A stretch of DNA of 63,336 nucleotides, filler included. It is 16 parts of 16 records of this genome, joined end to end, with 100 filler letters (N's around TTAATTAATTAA, not from the genome) between each part and the next. Parts side by side here need not be neighbours in the genome. Positions count along the whole stretch, not along the records: positions 24,622 to 29,401 come from SRR16133337_50240; positions 29,502 to 31,686 come from SRR16133337_50359; positions 31,787 to 33,807 come from SRR16133337_50367; positions 33,908 to 36,819 come from SRR16133337_50456; positions 36,920 to 41,784 come from SRR16133337_50601; 11 more parts are not named here. The stretch is one strand, 5' to 3'. A model generated the notes under the pieces. The model searched no databases. It was not told the origin of the DNA and was given only the letters and a program-made list of their open reading frames with translations. How positions within the stretch are numbered: position 1 is the stretch's first letter; the number at the start of each line of letters is the position of its first letter. Made by a program: the position numbers and the translations under genes. Below, piece after piece: positions 24,626 to 36,953 of the stretch.

Positions 24626-24644
24626 CCCTTCGACAGGCTCAGGG
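24626..24644 (+). repeat. REP-like palindromic intergenic repeat CCCTTCGACAGGCTCAGGG
   Basis: Resembles the CTTCGAC..GCTCAG repeat motif I associate with Bacteroidota intergenic DNA; sits at a contig start. Confidence 0.5.
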
Positions 24645-24781
24645 CAGGCGATTCCACATTTTTCACTTTTCACTTTCAAAAATAATTTGTTATTTCGAGT
24701 TCTCGCGACTTAATAACGTTTGGTTTATTTCTTTATTATGTATTATCTTGCACATCTTATAATATATTTGGATTCAATTAA

Positions 24782-27700
24782 GTGTCTTACCCTATAACTA
24801 AATTAACTAGTATGACTTTAAATAAATTAGTAGTATTCGTTTTACTTTGTTTTATTACGAAGAGTTATCCTCAGTTAAATAAGTTGAAATCTTTTCAGTT
24901 AGAATGGGACTTGTCTGCTGTTATTTCTACAGCTAACGGATTTCGTATACAGATTCCTCTTGTCAAAAATAATTTTATAGATGAAGAAGGTTTGCCTGTA
25001 TATACATCCCAATGGAATGTGGAAAAAAATAGCCACGTTGTAACCTATTCCCTAAAGAATGTCGTTTACGAACCTATAGACAACGACAAATTAAATGCTA
25101 TAAATCGTTCTAAAATTCCAAAACTGTTGTCCAGTAATTTTACAATCTCTAGAGCAAGAAATATAAATCTAGCCAACTTATCACTAACTCCAATTGTAAA
25201 AGAAGGAAATTTTGTCAAAAGAATTGTCTCGTTTGAACTGGAATATCAATTAGGTTCGTCACAAAAAAAGTCAAATGCAACTCTAATAGAAGATTCCGTT
25301 TTGGCAAATGGAACCTGGTATAAGTTTTCGGTGCATACTACAGGTGTTTTTAAAATAGATTCCAATTTATTAAACGAAATAGGAATTCGTACTACAGGAT
25401 TGGATCCTAGAAATATTAAAATATACGGGAATGGGGGGGCTATGTTGCCTTCTTTGAATAGTGATTTTAGATATGCGAATTTACAAGAAAATCGTATTTA
25501 TATAGAGGGGGAAGAAGATGGAGCGTTTGATTCCAATGACTATATTTTATTTTATGCCAAAGGCCCCCATGATTGGCTCACTTCTGATGAAAGCACTATT
25601 TCACATCGAACTAATATTTTTTCTGAGGTTGCTTATTATTTTATATCCGCAGACAATGGTCTTGGAAAACGGATCGTTAATGAAATTCCAGTTACTGCTA
25701 CGGCTACAGATCAAATTTCTACATTTAAAGATTATGTATTTTTAGAAGAAGAGACCACTAATTTGTATGGAGCTGGGCAACAGTGGTTTGGAGACGAATT
25801 TGGATCCACAAATACAAGATCTTATCCTTTTAACTTCGACAACTTGGATCTGTCAAAAGAAGTAACGATTAAAGTCCGAGCAGTTGCAGAATCTTCCTCC
25901 ACCTCAACCATGAATGTAAACGTTAACAACACAGAAGATTTTGAATTGAATTTTAGTGCTATTACAGGTGGGGATCATGTAAAAGCGACTGATGCATTAG
26001 GAGTTCTCTCTACGCCTTTAGCTTCTTCTTCTATTGAAGTTGAAATTACCTATGATAATCAGGGAAACCCTTCAGCAGAAGCTTATTTAGATTATATAGA
26101 AATTATAGGAGATAAATTATTAATCGCAAATGGCAGTCAGTTTTCTTTTAGAAATTTTAAATCACAAACAAGTGGGGAAATTTTAGAATATACCATTTCC
26201 AAAGCTTCCAATATTGATAGGGTTTGGGAAGTAACAGATTTTTTAAATCCAAAAATTATTGCCAATCAGGATCCCCTTAGAGTTGACTATCTTTTTAAAT
26301 CCGTTTCTGGAAATTTAAAGGAGTATGTTGTTTTGAATAATTCCGATTATTATATCCCGGAAGCCCTAGAGGTTTCTATTGTAGAAAATCAAAACCTTCA
26401 TGGATTACGGGATATAGAATATTTGATCGTAACTAAAACGGAATTGATGGCACAAGCACAAAGAATTGCAGATTACCACGCCACTGCTTCGGATATCAGT
26501 ACAAAAGTCGTAGATTTGGAAAAGATTTATAATGAATTTGGCTCGGGATCTAAAGATATTACGGCAATTAGAGATTTTGTGAAATTTTTGTATAACAATG
26601 CTAGTAGCCCTGATAAAAAAGTAAAATACTTATGTCTGTTTGGAGATGCTTCTTATGATTATAAAGATAGAATCTCTGATAACAACAATATCGTTCCTGT
26701 TTTTCTAGCCTATAAAAGTTTTAGTTTGGCCCTTTCCTATGTTACAGATGATTATTATGGAATGATGGATTCCAATGAGGGATTCATGAAATTCAATGGC
26801 GATAAACTAGATGTCGCAACAGGAAGGATTTTAGTGTCAGATGTGCAACAAGCCAAAGAGGTGGTAGATAAAATTTTAAACTATTACGATGAAGTGTCTT
26901 TAGCGGGATGGAGAAATGAACTTACGTTGTTGGCAGATGATGTTGATGATGTTTCTGAATCTATTTTGCAAAAAGAAATGGAAATTATTGCAGATTTGAT
27001 AAAAGTAAACAAACCACAATACAATATCAAAAAAATATACGCAGACGCTTTTCGACAAGAAGAAACCTCAGGAGGAGAGCGTTATCCTGATGTTAATTTA
27101 GCCTTGACAAATGCTGTAGAAAAGGGTAGTTTACTGATTGATTATTTTGGGCATGGAGGAGAAAAAGGATTTGCTAGTGAACGAATTTTAGAAATTTCAG
27201 ATATCAAATCGTGGAACAACTTGGATAACTTACCCTTGTTTATTACCGTTACCTGTGATTTTTCGAGGTTTGATAATCCTGCACGTTTAACAGCAGGTGA
27301 AGAAATAGTCTTGAGTAAAAATGGTGGAGCAGCCTCTTTAATTTCTACAACAAGAGAGGTTTTTATCGGGTACGGACGTTTATTTAATTCGACTTTAATT
27401 CAAAAACTATTAGATTTTAATGAGCAAGGTTATACGATTGCAGAAGCCTTGATGCATAGTAAAAATGAAACCCCTTCCCCTAGTGGACAACATTTTTTTA
27501 TTTTTTCATTAGGAGATCCTGCCATGAAACTAGGAATTCCTAAACCGAATATCAACATCACTAAAATAAATGATAAAGACATTACGGTATCTAGAGATAT
27601 CTTAAAAGCACTTTCAAAAATAAAGATAGAGGGAATTGTGTCAGATGCCAACGGTAATATATTACCTAATTTTACGGGTATTTTGACGGCATCCATTTTT

Positions 27701-28627
27701 GATAAAGAAATAGAGAAGACAACCTTAGATAATGATAATAAAGGAGTGATAATGACCTTTGATGTTCAGGAAAATAAAATCTTTAAAGGAAAAACTCAAG
27801 TGGAACAAGGTACTTTCCGTATTGAATTTATTGTACCTAAAGATATTAGACCCGCCTATGGGAAAGCTAAGATTAGTTTGTACGCAGAAAATCAACAGAT
27901 AAGTAAAGGAGGCTATGATTTAGAAACCGTTATTGGTGGAATTAATGAAAATGCTGTGACAGATACAGAAGGTCCCTCCATTACGCTATTCCTGAATGAT
28001 GAATCTTTTACAGATGGAGGCAATACCAATGCTTCTCCTAATCTGATCGTTCAACTTTCAGATACCAGTGGAATTAATACTTCATCAGGGGCAATAGGAC
28101 ATCATATTACTGGGGTATTAGATGGTAATGAAAGCAATCCAATTCTGTTAAACGATTTTTATGAAGCGGAACTAGGAGACTATACTACAGGAGGGCTTAC
28201 CTATATTTTAAGAGATTTAGAGCCTGGTTTACATACCCTTAAAGTTAAAGCTTGGGATACGTACAATAATTCCTCTGAAAAGACGTTAACTTTCACAGTT
28301 GTGGAGGATCGTACTTTTCTATTGGAAAATGTGTTAAATTATCCAAATCCGTTTATCGATTACACAGAATTTTGGTTTCGTCATAACAAACCCAATGAGT
28401 CTTTGGATGTAAAAATTTACATCTTTTCCGTATCAGGAAAATTGGTAAAATCTATCCATCAAATTGTGCAAACAACAGGCAGTCTTTCAAGATCTATTAG
28501 TTGGGATGGTAAAGACGATTTTGGAGAAAAAATAGGAAAAGGGGTATATGTATACCATATCATTGTTACATCAAATGATACGGGTACTACCGCTGAGAAA
28601 TATGAAAAACTAGTATTGCTTCAATAA
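24782..28627 (+). CDS. porU: type IX secretion system sortase PorU (peptidase C25 family); likely start ATG at 24812
   Basis: Signal-peptide-like N-terminus, C25 core (LFGDASYDYK, catalytic FGHGG and TVTCDF), C-terminal T9SS CTD (NYPNPF...WDGKDDFG...GVYVY...KLVLL); upstream of porV. Confidence 0.93.
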   Translation: MSYPITKLTSMTLNKLVVFVLLCFITKSYPQLNKLKSFQLEWDLSAVISTANGFRIQIPLVKNNFIDEEGLPVYTSQWNVEKNSHVVTYSLKNVVYEPIDNDKLNAINRSKIPKLLSSNFTISRARNINLANLSLTPIVKEGNFVKRIVSFELEYQLGSSQKKSNATLIEDSVLANGTWYKFSVHTTGVFKIDSNLLNEIGIRTTGLDPRNIKIYGNGGAMLPSLNSDFRYANLQENRIYIEGEEDGAFDSNDYILFYAKGPHDWLTSDESTISHRTNIFSEVAYYFISADNGLGKRIVNEIPVTATATDQISTFKDYVFLEEETTNLYGAGQQWFGDEFGSTNTRSYPFNFDNLDLSKEVTIKVRAVAESSSTSTMNVNVNNTEDFELNFSAITGGDHVKATDALGVLSTPLASSSIEVEITYDNQGNPSAEAYLDYIEIIGDKLLIANGSQFSFRNFKSQTSGEILEYTISKASNIDRVWEVTDFLNPKIIANQDPLRVDYLFKSVSGNLKEYVVLNNSDYYIPEALEVSIVENQNLHGLRDIEYLIVTKTELMAQAQRIADYHATASDISTKVVDLEKIYNEFGSGSKDITAIRDFVKFLYNNASSPDKKVKYLCLFGDASYDYKDRISDNNNIVPVFLAYKSFSLALSYVTDDYYGMMDSNEGFMKFNGDKLDVATGRILVSDVQQAKEVVDKILNYYDEVSLAGWRNELTLLADDVDDVSESILQKEMEIIADLIKVNKPQYNIKKIYADAFRQEETSGGERYPDVNLALTNAVEKGSLLIDYFGHGGEKGFASERILEISDIKSWNNLDNLPLFITVTCDFSRFDNPARLTAGEEIVLSKNGGAASLISTTREVFIGYGRLFNSTLIQKLLDFNEQGYTIAEALMHSKNETPSPSGQHFFIFSLGDPAMKLGIPKPNINITKINDKDITVSRDILKALSKIKIEGIVSDANGNILPNFTGILTASIFDKEIEKTTLDNDNKGVIMTFDVQENKIFKGKTQVEQGTFRIEFIVPKDIRPAYGKAKISLYAENQQISKGGYDLETVIGGINENAVTDTEGPSITLFLNDESFTDGGNTNASPNLIVQLSDTSGINTSSGAIGHHITGVLDGNESNPILLNDFYEAELGDYTTGGLTYILRDLEPGLHTLKVKAWDTYNNSSEKTLTFTVVEDRTFLLENVLNYPNPFIDYTEFWFRHNKPNESLDVKIYIFSVSGKLVKSIHQIVQTTGSLSRSISWDGKDDFGEKIGKGVYVYHIIVTSNDTGTTAEKYEKLVLLQ

Positions 28628-28831
28628 AGTTTTAATAAAAAAAGGAAAGGTACTCCTGTTATTTTAAGGATTTGATCAACATTATAAATTTTCAATGATG
28701 AATATGTAGTAAAAGAGGTAAGCATAAAAAGAATTTACACGGTGAAAAATAAGAGGGGTTCTCAACATCACGGAGGCATTACCGTTTCCCCATTTTCTAT
28801 TAAAATAGGGGTAAAACCAAAATAAAAAAAA

Positions 28832-29401
28832 ATGATAAAAAAAATAGTTGCAATTCTAATCTTTGTAAGTGGAATTATTCAAGTAAAAGCACAAGAGGAG
28901 GCTTCAAGAGGAATTTCTACAGTAGCTCCATTGCTATTAATCAATTCTGATGCTCGTTCTGCAGGAATGGGAGATGTTGGAGTAGCGACCACTTCAGATG
29001 CAAGTTCGCTGTATCACAATTCAGCAAAAATGGCCTTTCATACTTCTCAATTTACATACGGTGTGAATTATACGCCTTGGCTACAAAGTTTAATAAACGG
29101 TTTGTTTATTGGAGGAGGATCTCTTATCAATAGAATTGATGAACGGAGTTCTTGGGGTGTAAATTTGCGTTATTTTTCTTTGGGAAAGATAGATTTATTT
29201 GATGAACAAGCAAATTCTTTGGGATCAGAAAACCCCTCAGAATTATCTGTAGCAGGTTCCTATGCTTTAAAATTAAGCGATCATTTTTCAATGGGAGTAG
29301 CACTTCGATATATTCGTTCAGACATTTCTATTCGTGTGAATAATTTAGACATATCACCCATTAATGGCTTTGGAACAGATATTTCTGGTTTTTACCAATC
29401 A
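28832..29401 (+). CDS. porV: type IX secretion system outer-membrane protein PorV (3'-truncated at contig end)
   Basis: PLLLINSDARSAGMGDVGVAT, YTPWL and RYFSLG motifs; canonical porU-porV order. Confidence 0.88.
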
Positions 29402-32400
29402 NNNNNNNNNNNNNNNNNNNNNNNNNNNNNNNNNNNNNNNNNNNNTTAATTAATTAANNNNNNNNNNNNNNNNNNNNNNNNNNNNNNNNNNNNNNNNNNN
29501 NCATACAAGTATTAAAATTCAAAGTTTTACAATTTTTGAATATAATTATGAGTGTATTTCATCAAATATTTGATGAACAATGAATTTTAAAAAAGCAAAG
29601 TACAGTCATTGGTGCCATTTTCAGGAAAAAAAATGTTATAGTTTCTCTTGCGTTTCGGTACATTTCCCTGATTGTGCGAACTTTCAACAAAGTTTTAATT
29701 TTTGTCAACAATTGTCATCAAAAACATACGTTTGGGACTATTCTTTCGGGGAGAAGAGCAGCGGGCCTGATTTTTTAAACATAGGATAACATGTTTTAAT
29801 TTTATGTTGTTGGGGAAAAAGTCGAAAAACCATACACATGTGCTATAAAAGCAGTTACAAAAACTTATTCTCAGCTGAGAACACAAATTGATGCAGGGGC
29901 CAACATTATCAAAAATCATTTATCGACATCTCGTCCTACACAAATCAAAACATTCATTTATTGTATTCGACAGCAAACTGTGTTACTGAAATGGCATATT
30001 GTAAAATCGTTTCAACACTCAATGAAACTTATGACTGGAATTCGGTGAATTTTAATCTGGATTAGAACACTCATAAAGTGTATTTGTAGGTAGAAAAACA
30101 ATATATTCGGGCTCTATAGAAAAACCTGACCGGTAAGCAATTTATTACATAAAGAGAGACAAAGGGGAGGAGAAAAAGGCAACGTAATTTCTTTCACTTA
30201 CAGCCGATGTTTTTTTTTCTTTCAAAACTCGAAATCTTTACGCCAGCTGTTTAAGAAATATAACAACACAACAATTATAAAAACTTGGGGTTTGTCAATA
30301 TTTTAATAAAACCTCAAATATTTCCAAAAGCCTGGGTTTGGACTTTTCCCATTGGTTTCACAAATATTAGTTGGTACACAAAGGTAACCAGATTTCTTAC
30401 ACGTAAATTTCTTACAGCTGATCACTACCTAAAGGCGCGGCAATTTCATACAGGTCGAATTGCTCACAAGTCAGGTTTTACTCTAGTTTTCTTTTGTGAT
30501 TGCGCAAAAAAATTAAAATATTTTAATTTTACCTGTCGATTCGCTTGGACAATTTTGATGATGAATTAAAAACGCACTCATTTGAAGAAAAATTGTGATC
30601 TCAATTTCCACGTATTTCACAAAAATTAGTTTTTTTAGAAAAACAATCAACGATCTTGTGAATGTGAAAACGCTTGAAGACTATAAATTTTCTCACCCAA
30701 ACGAAAGTTTTCGGTGTATTTGTGATTTATCGCATTTTTAATCATTCACAATGAACAAGTCTTGTAGTAGAGTATGGAATTTCAAATCACGGGAAATGTA
30801 AAATATGTTGTATCAACAACGAATTGCAGGCACAGAAATTTTAACAACATATTTCGTTATTCATCCTGTACACTGCTGATTTCACACACGCTATATTTCA
30901 AAGCGGCTTACAATACCAAAAGCAAATTCAAGAAGTGTGGATGTAGGTTTGTTGATTTTTCAAGAAATGAATTCATTCGTGAGATATAAAAATAAGACAA
31001 AACGAAATCTAAACATAATAGAACTCTTGATCTTAGAGTTAATGTTTTCAAAAGAAAACGTGGTTCTCAATGAAACCTTGGGAACCAAATGTGGGGCCTT
31101 GAAAAGCATGCAAGTCTCCAATATGTGACCTTCGAGATTTTTGGTGGTGATGTATATGTTTTGTAATGCATTTTTGAAAGATTCCTCCGTGTGCGTTGTT
31201 TTTGGAAAATCAATAAAATATTTTGTGCATACGGTACATGAAATTGGACATCACTTATTATCAAATTGTAACGTACATGAATTTGCTGTTATTTAGTTCC
31301 ATTTTTCTGAGAACTTGTAGAAAATTTGGGTCTGTAAAACTTTTGACAAAAGAAATTGGATCTCAAAAAGCAAACACTTGAAAAATTTAAGTGTTTTTAT
31401 CTATTCAATTGGGTGTAAATACATAATAATAGATAATGTACGAAATGCTGCAAGAAATATAAATAAAAGGATCTTTTATTGATCTTTCAGCTTACACACA
31501 TCTAAATACACATTTATCGAATCCGAAAACAAACTGTGTCGATCCTGGGGATTTTTTAAAATGATTACATACCGCTTTGTAGGAATACATGTCATTTGTA
31601 TATGACAAGAGTACAAAACGAACTAGAATATAATCCGAAATAAGATTCAAGGAAACGTGGACATGTGCAAAATAGGGTGTGTAAAANNNNNNNNNNNNNN
31701 NNNNNNNNNNNNNNNNNNNNNNNNNNNNNNTTAATTAATTAANNNNNNNNNNNNNNNNNNNNNNNNNNNNNNNNNNNNNNNNNNNNAATTTTCCAATCTC
31801 CCAAATTTTCGATTTTGGAATGGCTGGTGGTGGTGGTGTATTGGACGACAATTATTGCAGTACTTGAACGTTTTCGCGAATTCTAACCGAAAACATGATA
31901 AAAAGTGAAATGAATTTCACCAATTTCGCGTAGCTTTACGTGACAAATGTTGTGAAATGTGGTAACCCCACCCCCAAAGTTTACAGCATTTTCACAAAAA
32001 ACAGAATAAATTTCACAAAAACATGAAAACAATAGGTGATTTGTTTTAAAATAAATGACAAATATTGCTTCTTTTAAAAGAGAGATGATCCCTCATTTGC
32101 AAAGTTCAAATGTATTGAGTGAGTGAGGAGGGGGGTAGGTGGAATTTTCAAGGTTCCAAGTTTCAGTTTTCAAAGTGAGAGGGGGAATTTATTGAATGTG
32201 TGGGAGATGAATATAATTGTTGTAATTCATTTCATACATTCTCGTTCTCATAATTATAATACCTGACGCAAAGAAAGGGCAACTTCTCGAATGTGATCGT
32301 CATTATTTCCAATCCTCTCTTCAAGCTAAAAAACATAAACAATCAAAAACAAAATTAAAATCTGCTCGATTCTTCACAAATCTCACACAGATGCCCATTG

Positions 32401-33907
32401 ATGTGTTTTTTTTTTCAAATGCCAAAACGTACGTGTTCGTAATAATTCGCGATCTAACCACATACCACAACACCCCTTTTTGAAACTCGTCATGATTGCG
32501 AAAAATCAAAAATTATATGAGTTAAATATCAATAGTTCGTGAACACAACAAACTACTTACACTGTCCATGGTTCCGGCAAGTTTCCCGAGTTCTCCATAT
32601 TGACAACTTTCTAAGAGATTTTCAAGCCGTGACATGTGAGACTTTACATATTCGAGCTTTTTGTGCATCAAATCATCTTCCTGAACAAAAGAGGAAAAAT
32701 CCACGGGATATGAAATAAAATAACATTTGTATTTGTCCGTTCGTTTGTCGCAGTATCCACTCCACTCACCAAAAAAATTTATAAAACGACAATCAAAAAG
32801 AAGTTTAAATACATTTTCAGCAGAGAGAGATGGAGTGAGAGTGTGGGGAATATTACAGCCAGTCCGGAAGGGAATCACAACTTTTTAGGGCGTGAGTATA
32901 GAAGGGCTTGCATGAAAGGTGTGTGAGAATGTGTATGTGTGCGTGGGTTTGCATTGTACGAGGTGTGTACAAGTGAGTGTGTGTGTGTGGGTGTGAGGGA
33001 TGTGTGATTGCGTGTGGGTGCTCTGCCTTTTTTGTGAGGGGGTAAGACAAAGTACGGGCGTTTGTCATTAAATTGCATCCACACATGTGCAGATGTAAAC
33101 TTTTCAAATTCCCAAATTTTGGTTTTCGAGTGAATGTGATCATGGTCTTATACAAAAAATGTGAAACTGTCTTGACGACGAAAAATATTTTGAGACAAAT
33201 ACCAATGGTATGAAAAAATGATAAAAATCTCACCCTTACTCTTCGAATTTCGAATGTGTATTGAAATGGAAATTTGTGTGTACGACGCGGGCGGAGTGAG
33301 GAGTGTGGGGTTACTTAATGAACTTTTCAATCTTCCAAATTTCCAATTCCGGGTGTGTGGGTGTTTATTGAACATGCGTTCGTATGGGAGTGGGATTGGA
33401 TTCTTCATTGATATACACTGTACAGCAAATTGGCCAGGAGAGGAGGTTGTAGCAATTTTGTGAACGAGTATCGCAGGCTCGGTCAGGAAAGGAGGTTGTC
33501 GATTTTTTGAGACAGAGTGCAACAGGCCTTAGTTACGAAGTACACCAAAAAAAATAAGAAAATAAGAAAACTTGATACCCAACAGCGACCTTTCATGCCC
33601 ACCGCACCCATAATAAGCTTCAGAATCAAAGATGTATACATGATATTTTTCGGGCAATTATATTTTAAAATCTCCAAGTCTCACATCAAGACACTTTTGG
33701 TACGGAAACAAACTATTTTGTGTTGTTTGTGGGGAATTCAAAAACGAAACAAACTAAAGGGCATGATTCGTCATAAACAAAGTTTTTTACAAAAATATTT
33801 TTTGGTCNNNNNNNNNNNNNNNNNNNNNNNNNNNNNNNNNNNNNNNNNNNNTTAATTAATTAANNNNNNNNNNNNNNNNNNNNNNNNNNNNNNNNNNNNN
33901 NNNNNNN

Positions 33908-35020
33908 TCCTGCCTTTGTTTGATTCAAAATTTCTGCTAAATCTCCCTCTTCAGGTCCAATCGCTAAAATAGGTCTTTTTGCGGCGAGATACTCAAATAC
34001 TTTACCTAGAACAATTCCTTTTGAATTCGGAACGTTGTCAGTTGACATTAACAATACTTGCGATTTTCGCTGATATTTGTGTACCATATTATAAGGTACA
34101 TATTCAATTTTATGGAGTTGTGTCTGTAGTCCATTTGAAGAAATTGTGTCTAAAATAGTTTGAGACACCTTACCGATCAATTTAATTTCCAAATCTTTTG
34201 AAAATCCATCTACCTCCTGTATCAATTCTGATAATACCTTCCAAAGAATTATAGGGTTTCGGTTTTTATTTATTATTCCAATATGCGAGATAGAAAACTT
34301 TTTATCAAGTAGATTTTTTGCATCAGCAATATCACAGTCAAATCCGTTTGAAAAAACATAGGTGTTTGCATTATATTTCAAATAGTTTTTTTGCATCGTT
34401 TTCCCAACAACTAAAATAGCATCGGATTTTTTCAGAACTTCCTTTTTTAAATCATCGTGTTTTTGTTTTGCTCTTTTTGACAATGGTAACTGATGAAAAT
34501 AACCCGCAATTGTCCAAGGGTCTCTAAAATCGGAAATCCATTTTAAATTTAATTTTTTTTTCAAACTCAAACCGATCAAATGCAAACTATGAGGAGGACC
34601 CGAAGTTAGTATAGCCTCTACAGGGTTTTCTTTTAAATAGTTTTCTAGATAGCTAACCGAAGGTTTGACCCAAAATACACGGGCATCTGGAATAAAATAA
34701 TTGACTCTAACATAGGTACTCCATTTTTCGAAGAAAGATTGTTTTTCACTCAAAAACCCCATATTTGTTTTAGTTGCCTTCCCTTTACTAAAAAGGTTTG
34801 CCAACTTATAGGGCTCCCAAATGGGTTGACGGATCACCTCTATTCCTTTTGGAATTTCATTTTCTAAAGAATGATCTTCAATCGCATATTCTGGATTTTC
34901 AACGGTGTATACTACGGGAGTAATTCCAAAATCTTGCAAGTACTTTACAAATTTCAACCAACGTTGTACTCCAGAACCCCCTGCAGGAGGCCAATAATAG
35001 GTGATGATGAGTATTTTCAT
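33908..35020 (-). CDS. glycosyltransferase family 4 protein (3'-truncated at contig end)
   Basis: MKILIITYYWPPAGGSGVQRWLKF, SGPPHSLH, DFRDPW, GKVFEYLAAKRPIL. Confidence 0.85.
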
Positions 35021-36207
35021 TTGTTTATATTATTGTATAAATGTATTAAGTTTTTTGAGGTTTGTTCCCAAGAAAATTCATGGCGGACAAACTTTTTCCC
35101 CTTTTTTCCTAATTCAGCTCTCAATTTTGTGTCTGAATACAATTGTAAAACTTTAGCTTTAAAATCATCGGAATCTTCTGCTTTATGAACCAAGCCTGCT
35201 TTTACTTTTTCAACAAGATTCTTTTGAGCTGTAGCATCACTTACCAATAGGGGTTTCCCTAAACTCATATATTGAAATAGTTTGTTGGCATAAGTAGTAT
35301 TATGATGAATATTTCGATGCAATGGAGAAATACAAATGGTACTCGCTTCTATATATAAAGGAAAAAGAGTTTCATTTTTCCAACCCTCGAAGTCAACATA
35401 GTCTTCTAATCCTAAATCTTTGACCCGCTGCTTTAAGATACGATCTGAAGTACTACTTCCAACCACAACCAATTTTATAGTAGGTATTGTTTTTTTTAAT
35501 TTCTGTAAGGATGTAATTGCCGTTAGCAAACCTCTTCTTAATCCCGTATTTCCTAGATACAGCAATACAAAATTGTTTTCATATTTTTCACAAATTGTAT
35601 TTTGTATTTTTATTTTTTGATAAAAAGAGGCTCGAACCGTATTTGGAACTACAACAATCTTTTCAGATGCAATTGCACATCTAAAAACTAACTCTTGCTT
35701 TGCTTTTTCTGTAACTACTATTATTTTTGACGCTTTTAAGACAAATTCTTCTTCTTTTTTTTTCCATTTCGAAGGTTGTATCAATACATTTCCAGGAAAT
35801 GTATTGAGATGTTTATAAAACTTCATAATTTCTGGTCTATTTTCATGCAAGTCCAAAATTACGGGTAATTTTTTTCCTTTTAACGCTTTAAAAACCGCAC
35901 CTGCAATCTGAATATCATGGATATGTAAAATATCAATTGCATTGGAGTGAATAAAATGTTTTATTTTTTTTGACATCAAGTTTGTATACAGTGGAACTGT
36001 GTATGCCAATGCCGATAATTTGTATTCCATTTTATTGGAAAGGTATCTTTTAATTTGAAACCCATAGATGTCCTCAGTATTCTTCTGATTTCCATAGTGT
36101 AAACAAAAAAGAACAACTTCATGTCCAGCTTTTACTAAAAAAACAGCCTCATTTTCCACACGTGGATCTGGTGGAAAAATGGCATCTAAAATCATTCCTA
36201 TCCTCAT
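35017..36207 (-). CDS. glycosyltransferase family 4 protein
   Basis: FPPDPRVENEA, LDLHEN, NKLFQYMSLGKP and FSWE GT-B motifs; 4-bp overlap with the downstream gene. Confidence 0.85.
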   Translation of the reverse strand: MRIGMILDAIFPPDPRVENEAVFLVKAGHEVVLFCLHYGNQKNTEDIYGFQIKRYLSNKMEYKLSALAYTVPLYTNLMSKKIKHFIHSNAIDILHIHDIQIAGAVFKALKGKKLPVILDLHENRPEIMKFYKHLNTFPGNVLIQPSKWKKKEEEFVLKASKIIVVTEKAKQELVFRCAIASEKIVVVPNTVRASFYQKIKIQNTICEKYENNFVLLYLGNTGLRRGLLTAITSLQKLKKTIPTIKLVVVGSSTSDRILKQRVKDLGLEDYVDFEGWKNETLFPLYIEASTICISPLHRNIHHNTTYANKLFQYMSLGKPLLVSDATAQKNLVEKVKAGLVHKAEDSDDFKAKVLQLYSDTKLRAELGKKGKKFVRHEFSWEQTSKNLIHLYNNINK

Positions 36208-36213
36208 TTATTT

Positions 36214-36732
36214 TTATTTACGTTCTGCATACACGGCATAATAACGAGCTGTAAATTTTCTTAATAGAGGTCTAAATCCAATTTTAGATACGGGACTTGT
36301 CCATCTCAAATTTTTCTTAGCTTCCCATCCTGATTTTTCTAACAACCAGTCAAACTGCCAGTCTTCAAATTCGTGGTAATGTTGATCCCATACATCCGTT
36401 TTGCTTCTATAGGCATTAGCAAACCAAAGTTTCAAAGGAATTGTAGTTACTATTTTTTTTGCTTCTATTGTTTTTAAAACCGCATAAGGTGATAATAGAT
36501 GTTCTAAAATTTCAAATGCAGTAACTGCATCTACTTTTTGATTGTTGACTATTTCCGGGAGCTCGTCCAAATCTTCTCCATTGGTATTGTAAACAGTATA
36601 TCCATTCGCTTCCATAATTTTAGTAAATGGATTGCGAACTCCTAAATCAAGTAGTACGGCTGGAGCTGGGAGTACCTCTTTTAAAAAAGCCAAAGTACGG
36701 GTGTATCTTTTTGTGGGCGTTTTTTTATACAT
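36214..36732 (-). CDS. class I SAM-dependent methyltransferase-like protein
   Basis: LLDLGV motif I, DAVTAFEILEHL, HYHEF. Confidence 0.7.
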   Translation of the reverse strand: MYKKTPTKRYTRTLAFLKEVLPAPAVLLDLGVRNPFTKIMEANGYTVYNTNGEDLDELPEIVNNQKVDAVTAFEILEHLLSPYAVLKTIEAKKIVTTIPLKLWFANAYRSKTDVWDQHYHEFEDWQFDWLLEKSGWEAKKNLRWTSPVSKIGFRPLLRKFTARYYAVYAERK

Positions 36733-36953
36733 AAAACTACTTTTTCAATTTTTTAAGAGAGATCCTCAGACCTCCTATTAAAATCAAAATAAATAGACCA
36801 GATGAGACCAAAACAATTGNNNNNNNNNNNNNNNNNNNNNNNNNNNNNNNNNNNNNNNNNNNNTTAATTAATTAANNNNNNNNNNNNNNNNNNNNNNNNN
36901 NNNNNNNNNNNNNNNNNNNGCATGACATCCAGACTGCATGACAAAAAAAAGGA

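Noticed and set aside
29502-33807. Many short ORFs in two AT-rich contigs, including 32522-32878
   Set aside because: No recognisable domains or consistent splice pairs; most likely eukaryotic non-coding or intronic DNA, though a small exon cannot be excluded
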